DNA of 63,926 nucleotides, counting the filler, from Octopus bimaculoides (taxonomy: Eukaryota), in assembly GCF_001194135.2 (NCBI RefSeq). It is 5 parts of 5 records of this genome, joined end to end, with 100 filler letters (N's around TTAATTAATTAA, not from the genome) between each part and the next. Parts side by side here need not be neighbours in the genome. Positions count along the whole stretch, not along the records: positions 45,942 to 55,878 come from NC_068988.1; positions 55,979 to 61,570 come from NC_069010.1; positions 61,671 to 63,926 come from NW_026424968.1; 2 more parts are not named here. The stretch is one strand, 5' to 3'. This document shows positions 55,878-63,926 of the stretch, one piece after another. Below the pieces are notes generated by a model. It saw only the letters and a list, made by a program, of their open reading frames with translations, did not search any database and was not told the origin of the DNA. Positions within the stretch are counted from its first letter, which is position 1. Each line of letters starts with the position of its first letter. A program made the position numbers and the translations under genes.

Positions 55878-57149
55878 ANNNNNNNNNNNNNNNNNNNNNN
55901 NNNNNNNNNNNNNNNNNNNNNNTTAATTAATTAANNNNNNNNNNNNNNNNNNNNNNNNNNNNNNNNNNNNNNNNNNNNAAAAAGAAAATACAGGGAGATC
56001 GTTGATTTATGGTAGTATTCAACATATTCCTCTCTCAGATCTACACTTTTTGTGGCGATCTTACGGTACCCTTTGTGGCGGTCCTTCGGTTTTTCAATCC
56101 CTGTAAATTAAAAAAATCTTGGAAGTTAGGGCCTTCAGCCAGGTCTTTCGCAACCAATCTTAAAACCACGAACTTTTCATCACACGTGGTTGTCAAATCT
56201 CGATGTAAACACAAGACCAACAATCCTTACTTTATTCAGCCATGTTATCAAATAACATCTTTTTTTTATGTAAAGGACCATTAATTAGCACTAATCAAAC
56301 CGAGTTGATTAACATTTCATTGAAAGAAACCAGCACGGAAGTGTACTGAGAGTATAACATGGAGGTTCGTAGAACGAAACAACCCTCAGCTAAATTGAGT
56401 GTTTTCAAGGTGGTGCCCCAGTATGGCCGCAGTCTAATGACTGGAGCAAGTAAAAGATGAATTCTGGGGTCCACATGTATAACTTAAATAATATTTAATG
56501 TGATGGTCATTTCTGGTTACAGACATCAACATACACATATATACACTACTTATATATAAGAGCATTACTACAGAATAATGCCCCACACTACCTATATATA
56601 TATATATCTATGTAGATGCTACGAGCATAAACAGACGATAAAATAAATATATATGGAATAAATATTTTATAAATCAATGAAAGAACGTCTCATTAATCGG
56701 GTTAATTAAATTTGATTAACGTTTTCTGGTATGTTTTATTTGAAGAATATAGACACCATGGTTTAAGAATTTAAGTAGACATTTCAACAGAGTCCAGCAT
56801 TTCGATGTGATGGTCATTTCTGGTTGGAGCAGCGGTTGCATTATAGATTTGACAACTTTATAAACATGCATTTCTATAAGGTTTATATATATATCATATT
56901 ACCATCATGTACCCAGGCCTATTCACGCGCTTTTTTTTAAGGAGTGGGTAGCCACAGCAAGACGCACACCAGGTATGCCATTCATTTCCCAGCTCAAAGG
57001 GGCGAGCCCCATTCTATGTTCGGGTCAAGACATAGAACGCAACCACCAATATCACTAGCTGGGCCTGACAGTATATGCTTCTTTACCCCCACCGGATCAT
57101 GCTGGTTCCATACCCCTTCGACGAACATCAACCAGCTATAGAAAATTGT

Positions 57150-57345
57150 TACGACGTCACTGGTGCCAAGCTGTATCGGCCCCTTTGCCTTTCTCTTGGA
57201 TAACACTGGTGGTGTGGAGACCGGAGGCCGGTATGCATGGGCGACTGTTGGTCTTCCATAAACAACCTTGTCCAGAATTGTACCTGGGAGGGTAACTTTC
57301 TAGGTGCAATCCCATGGTCAGTCATGACTGCGACCGAAGGGGTTC
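57150..57345 (+). repeat. Unclassified dispersed repeat; second copy at 63182-63345
   Basis: Shared TTGGATAAC...ATGCATGGGCGA...GGTAACTTTCTAGGTGCAATCCCATGGTCA. Confidence 0.75.
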
Positions 57346-57941
57346 TATCTCTCTCTCTCTCTCATATGTACACGCATACATTTCTTTTCATAGGGTCCGT
57401 CCAGTGAATGCAATATGAACAAAATCAACTTGGAGGAGCTGACCAGTGATACTGGACTTCTGTTTGAAGTAGATAAAGGGGAAAATACATGTAAGTTGTG
57501 GATACAATATGGTGTGTGTGTGTGTGTTTGAGAGACACAGACAGACAAATATGCTTTCTTTGTATATCTCTGTGTTCTTGTATGTTTTAATATTCATAAT
57601 AACGATAATTATAATCCTTTCTATTAAAAGCACAAGGCTTGAAATTTTGAGGAAGGGGACCAATTTTGGGGGAGGAGGTAAGTCGATCACATCGACCCCC
57701 AGTACTTCACTGGTACTTAATTTATCGACCACCCCCAAAAGGATGAAAGGCAAACTCAACCTCGGCAGAATTTGAACTCAGAAAGTAGTGGCAGACAAAA
57801 TACTGTTTTAAAAGTGCCTACGTGATAACTGTAAACCTACTTTGGGGCCACCCTGTATATATATATTTGTATATACTTGCACCTTTTCTTTTTTTTTTTA
57901 TCTCTCCTATGGGTCATACTGTTTTCTTTATTCACCTAAAG

Positions 57942-58133
57942 ACGCAGCAGAGGACAACATCACTGAAGACACATTCAACCTTGTCTACTCCAGACTGGAC
58001 ACAGAGATAGCATGCCTGAACTTTGACCAACTCATGAAAACCATGCAGGATATATCTGGCAGCGGAGGTGTATTCAAGGAAACAAAGCACCCAGGGTATG
58101 GGCCTGGGATCACAGAAAATTCAGTGGTTGAAG
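57942..58133 (+). CDS. FKBP6: FKBP6-like exon (first identified)
   Basis: ttcacctaaag|ACGCAGC...GTTGAAG|gtaatc; encodes MQDISGSGGVFKE, comparable to MLDISGDRGVLKD of vertebrate FKBP6 as I recall it. Confidence 0.88.
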
Positions 58134-61100
58134 GTAATCTCTTTGTTGAATACCCTCTTTAAGTTTGTTCTTATGTTGGTCTCTTTTGCTGAACTGCTAA
58201 GTTACAGGGATGTAAACACACCAACATAGATTATCAAGCAGTGATGGTGGGGACACGCATATATATGCACACATACAATCACATACACACACACACGCAC
58301 AAACATATACATACACACACACACATACAAACAAAATATGTTCAAGGCTCTATTGTTTTGTTTTTTTTCTCCTTTTGTCTTGTAGTCCATTATGCTGGCT
58401 TCTTTGAATACCGGGATGAACCATTTGATTCCAGTCGTCTCCGTGACGAAACCTTCAAATACCGTGTTGGATCAGGTGTGTAGAACCGCGTATATGTTTT
58501 CCCCTTTATTTCGGTGTCCGCGAAGGCATATGGCTTAGTGGTTAGAGCATGCGGATCTTTTTTAAAATGGGGGCCACATTTTTCATTAACGAAACACTTT
58601 TGAAACTTGGAACACTGGTAGAATGTGTCATATAAAACATCTTTTTCTCTTAGTCTTCTTAAAAAAAAAAGAAATCCATAAGTTATTCCATGTTAAAGTT
58701 GTTGTATTTCTGTAATTTCAACCAATCACTGACGTCCATTCAGCCGATATACATTAAGTGCCGACTACATAAACAAACGATTCTGAAACAATTAACCCTA
58801 ACCCTAACCGTAGGGTTAGGGTTAGGGTTAAAGCAAATTTAAAATGAAAAAAGCAAATAAAACGAAGGTATGGAGATTAAATNNNNNNNNNNNNNNNNNN
58901 NNNNNNNNNNNNNNNNNNNNNNNNNNNNNNNNNNNNNNNNNNNNNNNNNNNNNNNNNNNNNNNNNNNNNNNNNNNNNNNNNNNNNNNNNNNNNNNNNNNN
59001 NNNNNNNNNNNNNNNNNNNNNNNNNNNNNNNNNNNNNNNNNNNNNNNNNNNNNNNNNNNNNNNNNNNNNNNNNNNNNNNNNNNNNNNNNNNNNNNNNNNN
59101 NNNNNNNNNNNNNNNNNNNNNNNNNNNNNNNNNNNNNNNNNNNNNNNNNNNNNNNNNNNNNNNNNNNNATGCATCAGGACATTTATTATTATTATTATTT
59201 TTTTTTTTATGTCAGGCAAAGCCATTCCTGGTTGGGAAATTGCATTGTTGACCATGAAGAAAGGAGAAATTTCCTGGTTTTTAATCCAACCTGAATATGG
59301 TTTCCAGGAAACCGGCTGTCCACCAAGAGTACCTCGAAATGCTACAGGTAGGCCCCCTATATTTTTTATGTCTCTTTGTTTCCATCATTGATGTCTAGCT
59401 CCAGGATCAGTCCTGATCCGATGGATCTATGACTGAAGAAGTTTCACCTGTGACCATCCTGTCTTTTATACAAACGTTGTGTGTGTCTATGTTAATGGCA
59501 TCCCCTCATTGTAGGATGTTTGCTTTCGCTTTTAATTGAAAAAACAAAAGAAAAGCGATTTTGAAGAGTTTTATCCTGTGCTCTAATATGTTTCGTATTA
59601 TTAGACTAATACTTGTGTTAAGCGTTTGTTGATCGGTGTTAATTTATTGATTAATTGAAATGACTGATCGATCGATCGATGTAATTAATTGATTCGTTTG
59701 AATTTGTGTCTTTTATTTGAACAGCGTTGTTTGAAATTGAAATTTTGTCCATTTCTGATCATGTAAACGTAGGAGACTTCTTCCTAATGTCTGAGGTAAG
59801 TCATCACCATCATTGTCATCATCTTTGACAGCATCATTGTCATCATTGCCATTGTTGTCATCATCACATCTATTTTTCCCTGCTGGTTGGATTGGCTTTC
59901 ATATTCTGAGCCCCCTCCCATTGGGCACTATACATCATCATCATTTAACGTCCACCTTCGATGCTGGCATGGGCAGGATAGTTCACAGGAGCCAGCCAAG
60001 TAGAAAAACTGCCCTAGGCTACTACTGTGTCTGTTTTGGCAGGGTTTTTACAGCTGGATGCCCTTCCGGATGCCAACCACTTTACAGTGTGGACTGGATG
60101 TTTTTTATGTGCCATTGGAACGGGAGCCAGTCAGGGGTGCACCGACCCCAGCTACGATATTGGTCTTACTTGACTCAACAGGTCTTCTCAAGCACATCAT
60201 ATCACCTGACATATGAGAAGTATTCTTAAAAGGGCTGGACGTGGTTGGCTGTGATCTCACTTTAGTTGATGGGTCTTCTCAATCACAGCGTGTCTCCAAA
60301 GGTCCTGGCCTCCTGTTATTGCCTCTGTGGGGCCCAATGTTCGAAGGTCATGCTTCACCACCTCATCCCATATCTACCTGGGTCTACCTCTTCCACAGGT
60401 TCCTTCTACAGTTAGGGAATGGCACTTCCTCACACAGCTGTCTTCATTCATACACAACACATGGCCATACCAGGGGAGTTGACTCCCTTGCACCATATAT
60501 TTGATGCTTCTTCTGTCCAACTTTTCTCTCAGGGTACTTCCACTCTGTCATGTATGCACACTGACATTACACATCCAGTGGAGCATACTAGCTTCATTTC
60601 TTTCAAGCCTACACATGTCCCTCAGCAGTCATGGCCCACATTTCACTGCCTTGCAGCATAGCAGTTCGCATACATGCATTATACAGTCTACCTTTTACTC
60701 TGAGCGAGAGGCCCTTTGTCACCAGCAGAGGTAGGAGCTCCCTGAACTTTGCCCAGGCTATTCTTATTCTAGCCGCTACACTCTCAGAGCAACCACCCCC
60801 CACTACAGACTTGGTCGCCTAGGTAACAGAAGCTATTAACTACTAGTTTCTTCCCCTGGCATGTGATGGAATCTGTTTGCTGTACATTGTTTCTTAAATC
60901 GTTTACTGATCTCTCTTACCGTTCTTCACTCTTAAATCCAGGAAGAAAGATATGCCGTCACATTTGAGTCCATCTGCCAACTTGTTGGAACCTACAAGCA
61001 GGTAAGAACATTTTTATATCTTTTGTTGTTATTTTTTTATTGTTGTTGTTGTTATTATTATTATTAATATGGTTAGCTGACAAACCGTTAGCGTACCATA

Positions 61101-61341
61101 GAAAATGCTTAGCTGCATTTTCCTACAGCTTTACTTTCTGAGTTCAAATTCCGCCAAGGTCATCTTTGCCTTTCATCCTTTTGGGGTTGATTAAATAAGT
61201 ACCAGTTGAATTCTGGGGTCGATGTAATCAACCCCTCCCCTGAGATAGCTGGCCTTGTGCCAAAATTTGAAAGCAACATTATTATTACTATTATTATTAT
61301 TATTATTATGATTATTATTGTTGTTGTTATTATTATTATTA

Positions 61342-61378
<37 letters not shown>

Positions 61379-61486
61379 TATTATTATTATTATTATTGTT
61401 GTTATTATTTTTATCATCTTTAATAGGAAGGTTATACATTCTTCAAACAGAATCATTTCCAGAAAGCTGTTCAGAAATACAACAAG
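57942..61486 (+). CDS. FKBP6: FKBP6/shutdown-like FKBP-type PPIase domain + TPR co-chaperone (partial, 6 exons)
   Basis: Exons 57942-58133, 58386-58475, 59216-59347, 59725-59795, 60942-61001 and 61427-61486 all have AG/GT boundaries and compatible phases (1-1-1-1-0-0-0). Spliced: DAAEDNITEDTFNLVYSRLDTEIACLNFDQLMKTMQDISGSGGVFKETKHPGYGPGITENSVVE/VHYAGFFEYRDEPFDSSRLRDETFKYRVGS/GKAIPGWEIALLTMKKGEISWFLIQPEYGFQETGCPPRVPRNAT/ALFEIEILSISDHVNVGDFFLMSE/EERYAVTFESICQLVGTYKQ/EGYTFFKQNHFQKAVQKYNK. A single FKBP domain with GCPPRxP, a linker, then the start of TPR1 is the FKBP6/Shu architecture. Start exon and remaining TPR exons not found. Confidence 0.9.
58386..58475 (+). CDS. FKBP6: FKBP6-like exon
   Basis: tttgtcttgtag|TCCAT...GGATCAG|gtgtgt; VHYAG...PFDSS FKBP motif. 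Confidence 0.92.
59216..59347 (+). CDS. FKBP6: FKBP6-like exon
   Basis: tttatgtcag|GCAAAG...GCTACAG|gtaggc; IPGWEIAL..MKKGE...GCPPRVP. Confidence 0.93.
59725..59795 (+). CDS. FKBP6: FKBP6-like exon
   Basis: ttttatttgaacag|CGTTG...TCTGAG|gtaagt; ALFEIEIL closes the FKBP domain. Confidence 0.9.
59935..60820 (-). mobile_element. RTE-clade LINE 3' fragment, antisense in an FKBP6 intron
   Basis: GGGCSESVAARIRIAWAKFRELLPLLVTKGLSLRVKGRLYNACMRTAML; 3' UTR ends at CATTTAACGTCC next to (CAT)n. Confidence 0.85.
60942..61001 (+). CDS. FKBP6: FKBP6-like 60-nt exon (linker)
   Basis: cttaaatccag|GAAGAAAG...AAGCAG|gtaaga; in frame, phase 0-0. Confidence 0.82.
61427..61486 (+). CDS. FKBP6: FKBP6-like 60-nt exon (TPR1)
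   Basis: catctttaatag|GAAGGT...AACAAG|gtaagt; EGYTFFKQNHFQKAVQKYNK fits the TPR helix A pattern EGNxxFK....A...Y. Confidence 0.87.
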
Positions 61487-61845
61487 GTAAGTTCTACTGT
61501 TTTTTTTTTAATCTGTTGTAGTGGGTGGTCAGCATTGGACAGCCTGAGGCTGTTGTTATAGAAGATATTTNNNNNNNNNNNNNNNNNNNNNNNNNNNNNN
61601 NNNNNNNNNNNNNNTTAATTAATTAANNNNNNNNNNNNNNNNNNNNNNNNNNNNNNNNNNNNNNNNNNNNATAATAATAATAATAACAATAAGGTGTAAA
61701 TAAAGAAGAAGAGTGCCATAATTCAATTTGCTGAACGATATTTCGGTATCTCGTGTACCTTCAACGGGTTCAAAATTTGATATGTCAGCCTACTTCATTT
61801 TTTTTATAGATAATAGTAGGACTGCTATGACTCCTCTAGAAGTCA

Positions 61846-61915
61846 TTAGGACTGATATGACTCCTCTGCTATGACTCCTCTGGAAGTCATAGCAGAGGAG
61901 TCATATCAGTCCTAA
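61846..61915. repeat. Perfect 31-bp-stem hairpin (70 nt)
   Basis: TTAGGACTGATATGACTCCTCTGCTATGACT-cctctgga-AGTCATAGCAGAGGAGTCATATCAGTCCTAA. Confidence 0.92.
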
Positions 61916-61922
61916 TATTATC

Positions 61923-61994
<72 letters not shown>

Positions 61995-62402
61995 GCTACC
62001 CATCAAAGCCTGTAAGGTCACATGTCTGTAGATGGTCAACAGCATGTCTTTGTCTTTCAGTGACTGAAATAATAAAAGATTGAAATCATTTTACACGAGT
62101 GTATATGCGTAAATGCGTTTATGTATTTAGACGTGGATGTGTGTGCGTGCGTGTTTCATTATGCATGTTTATGCCTGTGTGCATACATACATACATACAT
62201 ACATACATACATACATAATTCGACATTGTTTGTCTATTTCAGTATGTGCGGCTGGCTCATCATTGTTTCATTATCATTTAACGTCCGTTTCCCGTGCTGC
62301 TAGGACACGGAAGATTCGACAGGGTTTGGTAAGTCACAGAAGTGTGTCAAGCTCCAAAGTTTGCTTTGGCATGATTTCTACGGCTTAATGTCCTTCATAG
62401 TG

Positions 62403-62702
62403 GAGGCGCAATGGCCCAGTGGTTAGGGCAGCGGACTCGCGGTCATAGGAGCGCGGTTTCAAATACCCAGACCGGGCGTTGTGAGTGTTTATTGAGCGGA
62501 AACACGTAAAGCTCCATGAGGCTCCGGCAGGGGATGGTGGCAAACCCTGCTGTACTCTTTCACCGCAACTTTCTCTCACTCTTACTTCCTGTTTCTGTTG
62601 TGCCTGTAATTCAAAGGGTCAGCCTTGTCACTCTCTGTGTCACGCTGAATATCCCCGAGAACTACGTTAAGGGTACACGTGCCTGTGGAGTGCTCAGCCA
62701 CT
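62403..62702 (+). mobile_element. SINE family C, truncated by a gap
   Basis: Matches the 55505 copy. Confidence 0.85.
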
Positions 62703-63545
62703 NNNNNNNNNNNNNNNNNNNNNNNNNNNNNNNNNNNNNNNNNNNNNNNNNNNNNNNNNNNNNNNNNNNNNNNNNNNNNNNNNNNNNNNNNNNNNNNNNN
62801 NNNNNNNNNNNNNNNNNNNNNNNNNNNNNNNNNNNNNNNNNNNNNNNNNNNNNNNNNNNNNNNNNNNNNNNNNNNNNNNNNNNNNNNNNNNNNNNNNNNN
62901 NNNNNNNNNNNNNNNNNNNNNNNNNNNNNNNNNNNNNNNNNNNNNNNNNNNNNNNNNNNNNNNNNNNNNNNNNNNNNNNNNNNNNNNNNNNNNNNNNNNN
63001 NNNNNNNNNNNNNNNNNNNNNNNNNNNNNNNNNNNNNNNNNNNNNNNNNNNNNNNNNNNNNNNNNNNNNNNNNNNNNNNNNNNNNNNNNNNNNNNNNNNN
63101 NNNNNNNNNNNNNNNNNNNNNNNNNNNNNNNNNNNNNNNNNNNNNNNNNNNNNNNNNNNNNNNNNNNNNNNNNNNNNNNNNTTGTCTTTCCCTTGGATAA
63201 CATCGGTGGCATGGAGAGGGAAGTCTGGTATGCATGGGCGATTGCAGGCCTTCCATAAACAACCTTGCCCGGACTTGTACATCGGAGGGTAACTTTCTAG
63301 GTGCAATCCCATGGTCATTCATGACCGAAAGGGGTCTTTACCTCTTTTACGTAGGTACGTGTACACGCACACGTGTGTGTAATGCACAAATGTTTCACAA
63401 CATATGTGTGTATGTAAGAATGTGGGTATAAGACCATACATTTGTACAAGTGTACCCAATCAAATAGTTCTGGAAGGTGTTTTTCCTGTCTCCAACCACT
63501 TTTTTTTCACTCTCCTCTTCCACTTTTCTAACATATATTTTTCTT

Positions 63546-63573
63546 CTGATGAAGGATTAGCGCCCGAAACGTC
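63546..63573 (+). ncRNA. Hammerhead core remnant
   Basis: CTGATGA-A-GG(attagcgc)CC-GAAACGTC; stem II weak, no stem I partner. Confidence 0.45.
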
Positions 63574-63738
63574 TTTCGCTTCATTTTAAGCAGGAAGCTA
63601 AAACAACATTTGTTAAAACTTGTTTTTCATGTTTTATCTGTTATTTTCTTTCATTTTCCTTTCAATGATGTAAGCGAACATATATCCATCCATCCATCCG
63701 TCCATCCATCCATCCATCCATCCATCCATCCATACTTA

Positions 63739-63913
63739 CGACGGGGTGCTGAAAAGTTTTTGGCTTTAAAGCTATCGCAAAAAGCCTGGTTGGAGGCCCA
63801 GCCTTCCGATTTATTTTACAGGTCTTAGAAAAACTGAAGGTATGCTGCAATAATTAACTAACCCTCCTATATTTTCTTTTACCCAAAGCCAGGGACTTTT
63901 CAGCACACCCTCG
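63739..63913. mobile_element. Mariner-derived MITE (175 bp)
   Basis: TA|CGACGGGGTGCTGAAAAGTTTTTGGCTTT ... AAAGCCAGGGACTTTTCAGCACACCCTCG|TA. Confidence 0.75.
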
Positions 63914-63926
63914 TATACATACATAC

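Noticed and set aside
56359-56430. ATGGAGGTTCGT... as the FKBP6 start exon
   Set aside because: No phase-1 donor of reasonable strength; the frame runs into a SINE tail and stops.
1-63926. Most listed ORFs (HTHT, CVCV, YIYI, poly-L/K/N/I, X-runs)
   Set aside because: They are translations of microsatellites or N gaps, with no domain motifs or splice support.

Overview
Repeat-saturated animal genomic DNA from a gapped draft assembly. The tRNA-headed SINE families with internal microsatellites and the dense (CA)n/(TA)n/(TATG)n/(CAA)n arrays resemble Octopus sequence; the organism is my inference. Four 44N-TTAATTAATTAA-44N linkers show that separate scaffolds were concatenated, so order across them is unproven. 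I can support one host gene: six in-frame plus-strand exons (57942-61486) of an FKBP6/shutdown-like FKBP+TPR co-chaperone, with its first and last exons not found. Nearly all ORFs in the supplied track are microsatellite or N-gap artefacts. The rest is transposon debris: an ORF1-only LINE-like element with an apparent 11-bp TSD, a Tc1/mariner chimera, a maT-like element, two Gypsy relics, R4/Dong-like, RTE, CR1/L2-like and Penelope fragments, minimal hammerhead ribozyme motifs, at least three SINE families, MITEs and several long foldback structures.
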